NCBI GenBank assembly: GCA_963767735.1
Contig: CAVYES010000004.1
Location: forward strand, 512,001-576,000
Length of the DNA: 64,000 bases
Reading direction: 5' to 3'
Origin: Candidatus Bathyarchaeota archaeon
Lineage (GTDB): Archaea > Thermoproteota > Bathyarchaeia > Bathyarchaeales > Bathycorpusculaceae
Shown: piece by piece, positions 1 to 10,240 of the stretch
How positions within the stretch are numbered: position 1 is the stretch's first letter
Layout: every line of letters begins with the position of its first letter
Notes under the pieces: model-generated
What the model saw: only the letters and a program-made list of their open reading frames with translations
Told to the model about the DNA's origin: nothing
Databases searched by the model: none
Made by a program: the position numbers and the translations under genes

Positions 1-257
1 CAAGAATCATAATTCAACAACACAAGGTAATATGGGGAAACAAAAAAGGAGTCTAGGTTGCTGAAATGAGGTTCTTAGTCCCGAGGAGGGCGACTTTGAT
101 GACCCAAATTGCGCATATTACCTTGCAACTGATTCTCGAATTATCAATTAAGGTAGATTGGGGATATGGTTTGGGGATTCAATTTTTGGCTTCATAGTTT
201 TTATTATCCACGCCGTTGGGTTATAGTCTATGATTCAGAAAAGCTGGAGGAGCCGTT

Positions 258-716
258 GTGCTATCTAATGTGTTAATTATTGACGATGATGAAGGAACAA
301 GAAACTTGTTTTCTACAGTTTTGTCTGATGCTGGATATTTAGTTGAAGCCGTAGGAAAAGGTAAAGATGCCATTAAATTGTGTAAAGAAGGCCCATTTGA
401 TATTGCCCTCATCGATATTGAGTTGCCTGACATTAAGGGAATTGAGCTCCTCAAAACATTACGAGAGCTTCAGCCCAAAATGGTTAATATAATAGTTACA
501 GGTCATCCATCAATTGAAAATGCCGTGAAATCAGTGAACGAGAAGGCTGATGGGTACCTGTTGAAGCCTGTTAAAATCCCGGAAATGCTGGAAATGATAA
601 AAAAAGTCTTGGCGGAGAAGGCAGACGAATATGTTAAGATGATTAAAATTGTGGAACAAGCTAAAGAATCAACTCCGTTCGTCAAGTATCAATACCCCGA
701 CGGATGGCAAGGATAA
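258..716 (+). CDS. Response regulator receiver protein (stand-alone REC)
   Basis: IIDDD...LIDIELPD...TGH...YLLKP receiver motifs. Confidence 0.9.
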   Translation: MLSNVLIIDDDEGTRNLFSTVLSDAGYLVEAVGKGKDAIKLCKEGPFDIALIDIELPDIKGIELLKTLRELQPKMVNIIVTGHPSIENAVKSVNEKADGYLLKPVKIPEMLEMIKKVLAEKADEYVKMIKIVEQAKESTPFVKYQYPDGWQG

Positions 717-803
717 AAGCAGTATTTTACATTGATTGTGCTTTAGATAAAGAATCATTCTTCACTTTAGTTCTAATTCAATTTTAATGATTAAAAATAT
801 TAT

Positions 804-1253
804 TTATTTTTTGAGATTAGCGTTTGCCATCCATTCATGTCTTAACTCAATATACTCAGCTACTTTTTTCTCGTCAAATTGTATTTTCTTTCGCTGTTCT
901 TTCAATTTACTCTCTATTAGATTTGTTAGTTTTTTAGGGTCAAATGGTTTCACAACATAACCATCTATTCCTTTATTTGCCGCTTCAATAGAATTATTTA
1001 AGGTCGCATTCCCCGTTAGGATTATCTTTATCATGTCAGGCTCTGTTTTTCTAAGTTGACCTAGTAATTCTATTCCTTCCCCATCAGGTAGATGAATATC
1101 TATAAGAGCTAAATTGTAGAGTTGTTTAAAACTTTCATCAACAGCTTTCTTGCCGTTTCCAACGCATGTAACCGAGTATCCTTTATCGGTTAGGATTTCA
1201 GTCAACATTTCCTGCATTTTTTCGTCATCGTCAACCACTAAAATATTTTCCAA
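804..1253 (-). CDS. Response regulator receiver protein (stand-alone REC)
   Basis: VVDDD...LIDIHLPD...LTG...YVVKP; paralog of 258..716. Confidence 0.9.
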   Translation of the reverse strand: MENILVVDDDEKMQEMLTEILTDKGYSVTCVGNGKKAVDESFKQLYNLALIDIHLPDGEGIELLGQLRKTEPDMIKIILTGNATLNNSIEAANKGIDGYVVKPFDPKKLTNLIESKLKEQRKKIQFDEKKVAEYIELRHEWMANANLKK

Positions 1254-1423
1254 TGCCGGACACCTTCAGGTTAAGTTTAGTTATGTGGCATCATTTTTAT
1301 TTCTTATTAATCACTAATCCATTTCAAGCATAATTATTTCTAAGCTTGAGTTTCAATCCGTAAGCCATTTTATAGATGAAATCGTAGGCTTAAATTGCAG
1401 GTTATTGCTAAATAGGCGAGATA

Positions 1424-3313
1424 ATGTTTGAAACCGCTTCAAGAGAGAGTAATGCTGCAGTAATTTCTAACAATCCTATCAGCATCTTGCATGTTGATGG
1501 CGATGACGCGTTTTTAAGCATGGCAAAACGATGCTTAGAAATGCAGGCAAATTTTGAAGTTGAATCAGCCCTGTCTGTTCAGGAAGCACTTGAAATTCTG
1601 AAAACTAGGAAATTTGATGTTATAGTTTCAGATTACCAGATGAATGGGAAAGATGGTTTAGAATTTTTGGAGGAGATAAAAGCCGCTGGAATTACGACAC
1701 CTTTCATTTTATTCTCAGGTAAAGGACGAGATGAGGTTGCCGTAAAAGCGCTGAATTCTGGCGCGTTCAGGTATATAGATAAACGCGGTGCCTTAGATGC
1801 AACATATGCTGAATTGGCATCCTGTATTCTTCAAGCAACACACTACAGTAGAGCTCAAGCGATGCTTAAGGACAGAGAAAGGCGATTTAGGGCAATTTTT
1901 GATTCTTCCATTGACGCGATCTTAGTTCTCAACGATAATGGGGAAATTGTTTACAATAATAAAGCAGCAAAAAACATGATGGATTACGCTAAGGATCAAA
2001 TTGCCAAGGCATTAAACCAGCATTTTAACAAACAATTCGCATCAACATATGAACAAAACATGAATGATGGCTTTAAGCAATTATCCGATGGCAACTTATT
2101 AATGACTGGAAAGACAGTTGAGCTCACCCTCAAGGACAATTTAGGCAAAACGACCGTAGTTGAACTTTCATTTTCTGCTTTCATTGAGAGTGGTCAATGG
2201 TTTGGGGTAAGCATAGTTCGAGATGTAAGTGAACGTAAAAGGCAAGAAAAACTATTAGAGAAAAGCCAACAGACACTGAAAGCGCTTTTTGCCTATAATC
2301 CAGAAGCGATTGTTTTCACGGATAAGAATTTCCGCGTGACTGATGTCAATCGTAGCTTTATTGATCTTTTTGGTTTTACCATTGAAAGTATCAAAGGCAA
2401 GAAACTTACGGATTTTATTGTTCCTGCTGAATTTAAAAAAGAGTCGAAAACTATCGAGAAGTTAATTGCGAAAGGGCAAGTAACCTTCAGTGCAAAACGG
2501 AAAAGGCGCGATGGCACTATTATCGATGTCAGTTTGTCTGGTGGACCATTAGTAGTGAAAGGCAAAATTGTCGGGTTTTTTATGTCATACTTGGATATTT
2601 CCAACTTAATTATAGTTCAGAACGTGTTAGCCAGTGCTCTTTCAAAAGCAGAACTGCTAAACGAAAAAATTACTGTTTTAGGCGGTTTTACAAGGCATGA
2701 TGTCAGAAACAAACTTGGTTTAATTCAGGGTAACCTGTATTTGGCAAGAAAAAAATGCAAAGCCGACTCTAACTTGGAAAAGTATCTTGGAAACATTGAT
2801 GCTTCCATTAAAAATATTTGTGATATTTTTGATTTTGCAAAAACTTACGAAATGATAGGTGTTGAAGAATTAGTTCCTGTGGATATAGGTCAAATGGTTC
2901 AAAATGCGCTTTATCTCTTCTCAGATCTTAAAGGTGTAAAAGTTCAAAACCACTGCATTGGATTTGAAGTGATTGCGGATTCTTTACTTACACAAGTTTT
3001 CTACAATCTTATTGACAACTCATTGAAATATGGCGAAAAAATAAGCACGATAAGCATATTCGCACAAAAACTAGGTGAAAACTCCGTTAAATTATGTTTT
3101 AGGGATGACGGTGTTGGCATAGATAAGAAATTTAAAGACCGCCTATTTGAGAGGGGCTTTGGAAAAGGCACAGGATTTGGGCTGTATTTGATACACAAGA
3201 TATGCGAGGTTTACAATTGGAAGGTAAAAGAGACTGGTCAGCTAGGTCAAGGCGCTCAATTTGAATTTATTATCCCCGTTGAAAAAGTTAAGAGGTTTGT
3301 GGAATCCAGATAA
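1424..3313 (+). CDS. REC-PAS-PAS sensor histidine kinase
   Basis: N-terminal REC (VSDYQM), two PAS domains, H-box RHDVRN, N-box NLIDNS, DDGVG and GTGFGL ATPase boxes. Confidence 0.9.
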   Translation: MFETASRESNAAVISNNPISILHVDGDDAFLSMAKRCLEMQANFEVESALSVQEALEILKTRKFDVIVSDYQMNGKDGLEFLEEIKAAGITTPFILFSGKGRDEVAVKALNSGAFRYIDKRGALDATYAELASCILQATHYSRAQAMLKDRERRFRAIFDSSIDAILVLNDNGEIVYNNKAAKNMMDYAKDQIAKALNQHFNKQFASTYEQNMNDGFKQLSDGNLLMTGKTVELTLKDNLGKTTVVELSFSAFIESGQWFGVSIVRDVSERKRQEKLLEKSQQTLKALFAYNPEAIVFTDKNFRVTDVNRSFIDLFGFTIESIKGKKLTDFIVPAEFKKESKTIEKLIAKGQVTFSAKRKRRDGTIIDVSLSGGPLVVKGKIVGFFMSYLDISNLIIVQNVLASALSKAELLNEKITVLGGFTRHDVRNKLGLIQGNLYLARKKCKADSNLEKYLGNIDASIKNICDIFDFAKTYEMIGVEELVPVDIGQMVQNALYLFSDLKGVKVQNHCIGFEVIADSLLTQVFYNLIDNSLKYGEKISTISIFAQKLGENSVKLCFRDDGVGIDKKFKDRLFERGFGKGTGFGLYLIHKICEVYNWKVKETGQLGQGAQFEFIIPVEKVKRFVESR

Positions 3314-3544
3314 TCTTTGAGGTAGCGCATTTATTTTTGTAATTTTATGGTACTGGGCTGAATTTGGTGAGTCGAAAAATAACCCGCTAGACTTTTTGGA
3401 TCTGAATAGATTAATTTTTAATGTACATTTACTGCGGTTGGTTCTTGGGTAAGCGTTAGCTCCTGTTTTTCTTAGTTTTTCATAAAAAAACAAACGCTTT
3501 TTAATGCAAACGTTGGCTAATATCAAACGAAAAGGGTTCGATAG

Positions 3545-4111
3545 ATGAACGTTGATAGGGTAGTTGTTGGTTTGGCTGGGATGCCTGGATCAGGCAAATC
3601 TTTGGTCGTTGACGCAGCGCGCGAATTAGGATACGCCATAGTTGTTATGGGCGATGTTATTAGGGGGGAAACAGCAAAGCGAGGCTTGGAGTTAACTCCG
3701 CAGAACGTTGGAAAAGTCATGCTTCAACTGCGAGAAGAAGGCGGAAACACTGTTGTTGCTCAGAAATGCATTCCCAAAATTGAAGCACAAGCAAGCAGTA
3801 AAGTTCTTGTTGACGGTTTAAGGAGCCTCTATGAAGTCGATGCTTTTAAGGCGCATTTTGCCCGGTTTAGTCTTGTCGCCGTGCATACTTCTCCCGAAAC
3901 AAGGTTTAACCGCCTTTTCAGTCGTCGCCGAGGCGATGACCCAAGCGGCTGGGAGGTTTTTCACGACAGGGATATGCGTGAGCTTAGTGTTGGTTTGGGA
4001 AATGTGATTGCGATGGCTGAGCAGATGATAGTTAACGATAATAATGTTGAGAAGATTAAGCCTAAAGTTGTTGAGGCTTTGGGGAGGATTGAGGAAAAAT
4101 GGGTGAAGTAG
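3545..4111 (+). CDS. UPF0200 P-loop kinase (archaeal dephospho-CoA kinase-like)
   Basis: GMPGSGKS Walker A, MGDVIR, VDGLRS, RDMRELSVG; paired with UPF0201 gene. Confidence 0.85.
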   Translation: MNVDRVVVGLAGMPGSGKSLVVDAARELGYAIVVMGDVIRGETAKRGLELTPQNVGKVMLQLREEGGNTVVAQKCIPKIEAQASSKVLVDGLRSLYEVDAFKAHFARFSLVAVHTSPETRFNRLFSRRRGDDPSGWEVFHDRDMRELSVGLGNVIAMAEQMIVNDNNVEKIKPKVVEALGRIEEKWVK

Positions 4112-4497
4112 TTGTTCGCGTTGAAGCTGAAATTAGCCCAACCGAAAGCGAAGATAAAGTGAAGACAGCTGTTACTAATGTTTTAGGCAACGCTTCTATA
4201 ACAATTAAGCCTTCAGGCAGATCAAATGCGTTAACGGCTGAAGCTACGGGGCGGGGTTCTCTTGTGAAACTGCGAAATATTCTTTGCAATGACAGGATTC
4301 GTGATGCATCCAGAAAAGCACTTTTTCGCAGTTTGAGAGGGAACACTATTAGTTTTTGTTTAAACAAGCAGGTAGCATTTGCAGGGCACATTTCCTTCTC
4401 AGAGGAAACAGCAGAATCACCCTTGGGACCTATGCGTGTAACGATTGAAACTGACGATCCAGGCCAGCTTATTGAGTGGCTTGCAGAAAAAACTTAG
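4099..4497 (+). CDS. UPF0201 RNA-binding domain protein
   Basis: PTESEDKV, LNKQVAFAG and SPLGP motifs. Confidence 0.85.
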   Translation: MGEVVVRVEAEISPTESEDKVKTAVTNVLGNASITIKPSGRSNALTAEATGRGSLVKLRNILCNDRIRDASRKALFRSLRGNTISFCLNKQVAFAGHISFSEETAESPLGPMRVTIETDDPGQLIEWLAEKT

Positions 4498-4514
4498 CCG
4501 AGAAGGATCAAAAC

Positions 4515-5531
4515 TTGTCTGCGAGGGCTAAAATAACAAAAAACGGCGCAGTTCTGCTTGGCGACAGCGTTGCCTGCGACGCTTTTGACGAGTCAAGACC
4601 CCTGCGTATTGTAACTCATGCGCACGCAGACCATCTGGGCGGCTTACGAAGAAGTTTGAAGTGCTGTGAGAAAGTTTTGATGACCAAAGCCACAAGAGAT
4701 CTTGCGGAGACACTTGACTCAACGCTGAAACTTCGAGAGGCGGCAATCGAGACAATTGAATACGGCAAAACCATCAAGTATGGCGAAGAGCGGATTACGC
4801 TTGTTAAAGCAGACCATATCTTGGGTGCAGCGCAGGTGCTGGTTGAGGATGCTGGCGGAATACGGGTTGCTTACTCTGGCGACTTCAGAATTGATGACAC
4901 TCCCGTTGTTGAATGTGACGTCTTGGTTGTTGATGCAACTTATGGAAGCCCATCATGCAGGCGCTCTTTTGATGTGGATGTGCGTGAACTTTTAGTTACC
5001 ATGATTGAGAAACGTTTGCGCGGCGGCACCGTTTACGTTTTCGGGTATCACGGCAAACTGCAAGAAATCATGCAGCTTCTAAGAAATGCGGACGTCGCTG
5101 TGCCGTTTGTTATGCCCGAGCGGGTTTATCAGGTTACGAAAGTTTGCGAGCAACACGGTATGCGGCTAGGTTGCTTGTCGCTCTCTACAGATGGGGATGG
5201 GCAGGAGCTTTTGGGTGGGAACCTTCCATGCGTCGCTTTTTATCACATGAATTCTCGGGGATACGTGGGTTTGAATAATGCGCGTATCTGCGTTAGCGGT
5301 TGGGAATTCAATTCGCCTTGCAGGCAAATCGGCGACAGGGAATATTTAGTTGCTTTAAGTGACCACTCTGATTTCGACGGTGTAATCGAGTACGTTAAAC
5401 GTTCAAAGGCAAAAAAAGTTATCACAGACAACTATCGGAGTCAGGGCGCAGTTTTAGCCAAGGAAATTCATAAGCGCCTAGGCGTTTCCGCAGTAGCAAT
5501 GCCTAGAAACCAGGGGCAAACAACACTGTAG
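4515..5531 (+). CDS. MBL-fold metallo-hydrolase (exonuclease of beta-lactamase fold)
   Basis: THAHADH, HILGA, YSGDF, DATYG, LSDHSDF; start uncertain (ORF opens at 4476). Confidence 0.8.
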   Translation: MSARAKITKNGAVLLGDSVACDAFDESRPLRIVTHAHADHLGGLRRSLKCCEKVLMTKATRDLAETLDSTLKLREAAIETIEYGKTIKYGEERITLVKADHILGAAQVLVEDAGGIRVAYSGDFRIDDTPVVECDVLVVDATYGSPSCRRSFDVDVRELLVTMIEKRLRGGTVYVFGYHGKLQEIMQLLRNADVAVPFVMPERVYQVTKVCEQHGMRLGCLSLSTDGDGQELLGGNLPCVAFYHMNSRGYVGLNNARICVSGWEFNSPCRQIGDREYLVALSDHSDFDGVIEYVKRSKAKKVITDNYRSQGAVLAKEIHKRLGVSAVAMPRNQGQTTL

Positions 5532-5622
5532 CCATGATGTTGTATGCTGAGGATAAGTTAAAGCTTAAAAGCGAAAAATCAAATTACTCTCTCGACTTAC
5601 ACGTAAGTAAACGGGATTAAAA

Positions 5623-6894
5623 ATGACTAAAACCTCAGTAATCTCAGGCTTCTACAAGCTTACACCCAAGGAGCGTTTAGCAATCGTTAAAGATTTCGCG
5701 GGCTTAACCGACGAGGAAGTCCGCTTACTTGAAGACACAGGTTCGTTGCCTATTGACTTGGTTGATCACATGGTGGAAAATGTTATAGGCGTTTTTCCCG
5801 AGCCATTAGGCATCGCGGGTAACTTCCAAATTAACGGAAAAGACTATTTGATTCCGATGGCTACGGAGGAGCCAAGCGTGATTGCCGCCGCCAGCTACGC
5901 TGCTAAAATGGTTCGCGACGGCGGAGGGTTCCACACAAGCAGCACAGCCCCCGTCATGATTGGGCAAATTCAAGTTGTCGGCATCAAAGATGCTAAAGTG
6001 GCTCAAAAGCAGGTTTTAGATGCTAAAGCTGAGGTTCTAAAGAAGGCAAATGATCAAGACCCAGTTCTGAACTCTTTTGGCGGCGGAGCGAAAGACCTCA
6101 ACGCTAAAATCATCGACACCTCGATGGGTCAAATGTTGATTGTAGAATTGAACGTTGATTGTCGAGATGCCATGGGCGCAAACGCTGTTAACACGATGGC
6201 TGAGGCAGTAGCGCCGCTAATTGAGCAGCTCACAGGCGGCCACGTTTATTTGCGCATCATCTCCAACTTGGCCACTAAACGACTTGCAAAAGCATGGTGT
6301 ACCGTGCCCAAAGAATCGCTTGGCGGAGAAGCCGCCGTGGATGGCATCGCTTACGCCTCGGCTTTTGCAGAAGCTGACCCCTACCGCGCAGCAACACATA
6401 ACAAAGGCGCCATGAACGGCGTAATAGCCGTGGTTCTCGCAACTGGAAATGATCACCGCGCCATCGAAGCCGGAGCGCATGCCTACGCCGCCCTAAAAGG
6501 ACCATACACCAGCATATCAAAATGGACTAAAAACAAAAACGGCGACTTAGAAGGCACAATCGAGCTCCCGATGGCAGTAGGCTTAATCGGAGGAGCAGTA
6601 AAAACCCACCCCATCGCAAGGATCGCAATGAAAATCCTCAACGCCAAATCAGCAAATGAGTTCGCAGAAGTCTTAGCCGCTGTCGGCTTAGCCCAAAACC
6701 TTGGTGCCCTTCGAGCGTTGGCGAATGAGGGAATTCAGCGTGGCCATATGTCTTTGCATGCAAGAAACATCGCCATCACCGCAGGTGCAAAAGAAGAGCT
6801 GGTAGATAAAGTTGCGGCGCAGATGGTTAAAGAGCGAAAAGTTCGAGTCGACCGGGCCAAAGAAATAATAGAAGAACTAACCAAAAAACAATAG
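5623..6894 (+). CDS. mvaA: Hydroxymethylglutaryl-CoA reductase, class II (degradative type)
   Basis: ENVIG, ATEEPSV, DAMGAN, THNKGAMNG, GIQRGHMSLH. Confidence 0.93.
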   Translation: MTKTSVISGFYKLTPKERLAIVKDFAGLTDEEVRLLEDTGSLPIDLVDHMVENVIGVFPEPLGIAGNFQINGKDYLIPMATEEPSVIAAASYAAKMVRDGGGFHTSSTAPVMIGQIQVVGIKDAKVAQKQVLDAKAEVLKKANDQDPVLNSFGGGAKDLNAKIIDTSMGQMLIVELNVDCRDAMGANAVNTMAEAVAPLIEQLTGGHVYLRIISNLATKRLAKAWCTVPKESLGGEAAVDGIAYASAFAEADPYRAATHNKGAMNGVIAVVLATGNDHRAIEAGAHAYAALKGPYTSISKWTKNKNGDLEGTIELPMAVGLIGGAVKTHPIARIAMKILNAKSANEFAEVLAAVGLAQNLGALRALANEGIQRGHMSLHARNIAITAGAKEELVDKVAAQMVKERKVRVDRAKEIIEELTKKQ

Positions 6895-7096
6895 TTTGGG
6901 CAAATAGCCCATTTCTTAAATAAAAGGTGAAAAGGCTAAGTACCCCGCTACCTTCGCTTCTTAAACAGCAGCTTGATGTCCGCCATTCCGATGAAGAAAA
7001 CGGAAACTAACATCTAAAACTATTAGAGGCGAGCCTTCCTCTTTCTTCTCGAGGATAAGTTAGAAAACCCGCTTTTCCCGTAAATAGTCGGTGGTA

Positions 7097-7146
7097 TATT
7101 TGGTTCATCTAGAAAACCGGAGGTTAGGCTTGTGAGCACACACAAA
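7097..7146 (+). repeat. Partial copy (3' part) of the dispersed ~130-bp repeat
   Basis: tatttggttcatctagaaaaccggaggttagg...gcacacacaaa aligns with 8131..8179. Confidence 0.55.
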
Positions 7147-7334
7147 TTTTCATAGCTAATGCACCTGGAAAAAATACTGTGTTGGCTTGTCCATAGCCAG
7201 TTTCGTTGTGATGTAACTCCGATAATCTAAGAGGCGTTCTAGTTGAAAATGGCTGATTTGGCGTCTTGTGGATAGAAAAGAAAGAAAACCAAATATTGCA
7301 AGAGACATTATTACATCAGATAGGAACTTTAAGA

Positions 7335-7628
7335 ATGGACACTCTTGAAGAGCTCAAATCTAAGCTGGAAGCTATTAAACCTGAGCTTAACGCATGTTAC
7401 AAAGTGGAAACTATCGGCATATTCGGTTCGTATTCTCGAGGAGAACAAACAGAAAAAAGCGACTTGGATCTTTTAGTCACATTTTCAGGTCCAATAGGTG
7501 TTTATCGGTTCATTGAGGTTGAGGAGTTCATAAAGAAAAGGTTAGGCGTGAAAGTAGATTTGGTTCAGAAAGGCGCGCTCCTTCCCATTATAAAAGAGCA
7601 AATACTAAATGAGACAGTGCAAGTATGA
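7335..7628 (+). CDS. Minimal nucleotidyltransferase (MntA-like antitoxin)
   Basis: IFGSYSRGEQ..SDLDLLV, VKVDLV; overlaps the HEPN start. Confidence 0.9.
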   Translation: MDTLEELKSKLEAIKPELNACYKVETIGIFGSYSRGEQTEKSDLDLLVTFSGPIGVYRFIEVEEFIKKRLGVKVDLVQKGALLPIIKEQILNETVQV

Positions 7629-7968
7629 AAAAGGACTTTCGAATCTACATCAACCAGATTCTGGAAGCTATCAGCGAAATTGAGGAATTCACAAAAGACT
7701 TAACTTATGAAGACTTTTTGAAAAATAAAATGGCGATAAAAGCCTTATCTATGAATCTGATTCTCATAGGAGAAAACGTAAACAGGTACCTGTAGAAATT
7801 AAGCAAGAATATCGACAGGTCCCATGGACAAGAATGAAGTCTGCACGTAATTTCGTCGCACATGAATATCCCAAAATAGAATTCAAAGAAATGTGGGATA
7901 CCGCAAATTTTGAATTACCACCAATCAAAGAAACGCTACAAAAGATATTGGCTGAGGAATTGAATTAA
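7625..7968 (+). pseudogene. HepT-like HEPN ribonuclease toxin (DUF86), one frameshift near 7785
   Basis: MKKDFRIYINQILEAI...IGENV then shifted frame VPVEIKQEYRQVPW...RNFVAHEY (RX4H motif); absent from the ORF track; indel may be a sequencing error. Confidence 0.85.
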
Positions 7969-8055
7969 ATCTCACAAAAACTATTTTCCCAAAAAATTAA
8001 CTTAAAAATCCTTCATTCCTCCAGGGCTCTACTAATTACTAAAAACTTCACAATA

Positions 8056-8186
8056 GAAAAAGCACTGTTCTGCTTAGAAAGTGCGGAACGTTTCGTTTAT
8101 GCTGAAGTATGTTGAATTATGTTAGGCGTCTATTTGGATCATCTAGTGAACTGGGGGTAGACTGTAGCTCACACGCAAAGTCCTAA
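8056..8186 (+). repeat. Dispersed ~130-bp non-coding repeat, copy 1
   Basis: Aligns end-to-end with the reverse complement of 16109..16241. Confidence 0.9.
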
Positions 8187-8224
8187 AAAACAAAAGATTA
8201 GTACCTATATTGACTTGCGATCTT

Positions 8225-8466
8225 CTATTTAGATTGGCCCTCTGGGAAATCAATCAAAACTTTTGTTTGAGGAATCGAAGTCTGAAGGGTCTTTTTCCCG
8301 ACTAAATCAGCTGGTAAAACAATGCTTTTTTCGCCCGCTTTTATGGTGATTTTTTTGTAGTTCACATAGTCTTGGAATTCTTCGAGGGCTTCTATAATCC
8401 AGTAACCTTCACTTTTAGTTAAACTTTAACCTTGTAGAGTCCTTTGTAGTAGCATAATTTGCTCAT
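8225..8466 (-). pseudogene. Frameshifted tandem paralog of 8565..8837
   Basis: MSKLCYYKGLYKVKV/(missing T near 8422)/TKSEGYWIIEALEEFQD; upstream aaagtaaataaatactc is also duplicated. Confidence 0.85.
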
Positions 8467-8564
8467 AAAAATCTACTATTAATATTGACATCAAAGTAAA
8501 TAAATACTCGCCTGCATGCAGGATGCAATGGGACAACTCTTTCTTAAAAATAAATTTGAATGCT

Positions 8565-8837
8565 CTATTTTTTTTCAGCTTCATCTTCTGCGATCATTCG
8601 TTTAAGCTTCTTCTCCATGTTAAGTTCATATTCGTGCTCTTTAACCATCGGCGGCAAGGTTTTTTGCTTAAACAAAGTGTCCGGCTCTACAATCCGCTGT
8701 TCGCCTTTTTTAACGGTAATTCCCGCGCCTTCAGAGCAATCCTCAAAATTCTCCAATGCCTCAACAATCCAGTAGCCTTCACTTTTAGTTAAAACCTTAA
8801 CCTTGTATAATCCCTTATAGTAGCTAAATTCACTCAC
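8565..8837 (-). CDS. Small conserved hypothetical protein
   Basis: 90-aa ORF with an adjacent paralog. Confidence 0.7.
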   Translation of the reverse strand: MSEFSYYKGLYKVKVLTKSEGYWIVEALENFEDCSEGAGITVKKGEQRIVEPDTLFKQKTLPPMVKEHEYELNMEKKLKRMIAEDEAEKK

Positions 8838-8890
8838 AAAATCACCAATAGTATTTACTTTTGAAAGTAAATAAATACTCTCTTAGAATG

Positions 8891-10234
8891 CTACAGCGGG
8901 TATTCTTTGCTTTTTTCCACCAGCGTCACTTTACCGGCAGCATTTCCCATAAACTTCTTGAATAACTCTGCGTTCTCAGTGTGAACTGGGAAAACCTGTT
9001 TAGCATTTATCTTTCTAAGCGCTGCCTTAAGCTGAAGAGGCATCATGTGCCCCGAGACGTGTACGTGGTACTGCGGCAAACCATAATGGCTAAGCCAATT
9101 GACCAAGCGTTCATAATCAATCTCCATTTCCTCATTGAACGGTTCCGATGCGGAAAGCACATAGCAGCTTCCGGCTACTGGCTGAATATTATTAAGTTCT
9201 TCAAAATCGTAAAAGGAAACGGCTAAAACCATTTTGCACTGCTGCTTCGAAACCTCGAACACATCGAAAATCTTGCCCTCGCCGTCAAAGCGTTCAATTA
9301 ATTTGGTCTCCCACTTTTCATACCGCTTCTTCGACTTTCGAAAAATTAATATTCCATCATCATCCAACGCTGGAACCTGCAAGTGCATGTCTTTGTGAAG
9401 TGCATCCAGCAAATAGGCTTGTTTTAGTGAAACAGCCAAGCACCGATTATTCTTCTTGGCAATTCGATAAAACGTATTGAAGCGGTCAACATCCGAGTAG
9501 CCAAACTCTGCAAGCAGGATCCCGTCAACTTGTGATGAAATCTTGTCCAGTTTGGTCTCCACTTCCACTTCGTTGGAAACTGTTGCTCCTGTCATGTTGG
9601 TGGCTTCAGTCACAATTGCCACAGGCTCAACTTCCCGAGCTTTTTCCACAAATTCTTGAGTCATCTCTGGCTTGGCACCATGATCTCGAAAATCACCCGT
9701 GTAAACTATTGTGCCATTTGAAGTGTGAATCAGAAAGCCGTAAGCGCCCGGAATTGAATGGTCAACATGGATTGGCTCAACGACTACATTATCAACTTTG
9801 ATTTTGTTGCCCGTCCTAAAAACGTTAAAGTTGATGTCTCCGACATCGAATTCCAAATCAGCACGCCGAGTTTCGCTTAGGGTTCGCAGAATAGTTTGGG
9901 TTGTTTCGCCGCAGTAGACGGGAATTTCCCGTTTAATAAATGACAAATACGCCGAATGATCAAGATGACCATGAGAGAGGAATATGGCGTTTGTTTCAGG
10001 CGGGGTTTGGTCAAACTTGTATATTCCCTGAATTTGAGGTAAGATTCCGAGTTCTTGCAGGCTTTTTTCGTTTTTAGGTGAAAGGAACGGAGGCGAATAA
10101 AACTTTTTTTTAGCGGTAAAAGACATGCCGAAATCAAAGAAAACTTTAGTGTCTTTGTCTTGAAGCAGGATTTTGTTCCCGCCAATCTCATTAACTCCGC
10201 CGTAGAAAGTTAATGTTGTCTGGTCTTTTACCAT
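8891..10234 (-). CDS. RNase J-like MBL-fold metallo-hydrolase
   Basis: GGVNEIGGN, SHGHLDH, VDHSIPGA, YTGDFR, HVSGH, PVHTE. Confidence 0.85.
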   Translation of the reverse strand: MVKDQTTLTFYGGVNEIGGNKILLQDKDTKVFFDFGMSFTAKKKFYSPPFLSPKNEKSLQELGILPQIQGIYKFDQTPPETNAIFLSHGHLDHSAYLSFIKREIPVYCGETTQTILRTLSETRRADLEFDVGDINFNVFRTGNKIKVDNVVVEPIHVDHSIPGAYGFLIHTSNGTIVYTGDFRDHGAKPEMTQEFVEKAREVEPVAIVTEATNMTGATVSNEVEVETKLDKISSQVDGILLAEFGYSDVDRFNTFYRIAKKNNRCLAVSLKQAYLLDALHKDMHLQVPALDDDGILIFRKSKKRYEKWETKLIERFDGEGKIFDVFEVSKQQCKMVLAVSFYDFEELNNIQPVAGSCYVLSASEPFNEEMEIDYERLVNWLSHYGLPQYHVHVSGHMMPLQLKAALRKINAKQVFPVHTENAELFKKFMGNAAGKVTLVEKSKEYPL

Positions 10235-10240
10235 GCGTTT

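Noticed and set aside
186-198. 13-bp match (ttggcttcatagt) to the reverse complement of 16777..16789
   Set aside because: Too short, with no flanking similarity; compatible with chance.
5623-6894. Class II HMG-CoA reductase as a novelty in an archaeon
   Set aside because: Class II enzymes are already known in archaea such as Archaeoglobus and Thermoplasmata.
6900-7260. Possible RNase P or SRP RNA in the intergenic region
   Set aside because: No GAGGAAAGTCC or SRP helix-8 signature, and GC content is too low.
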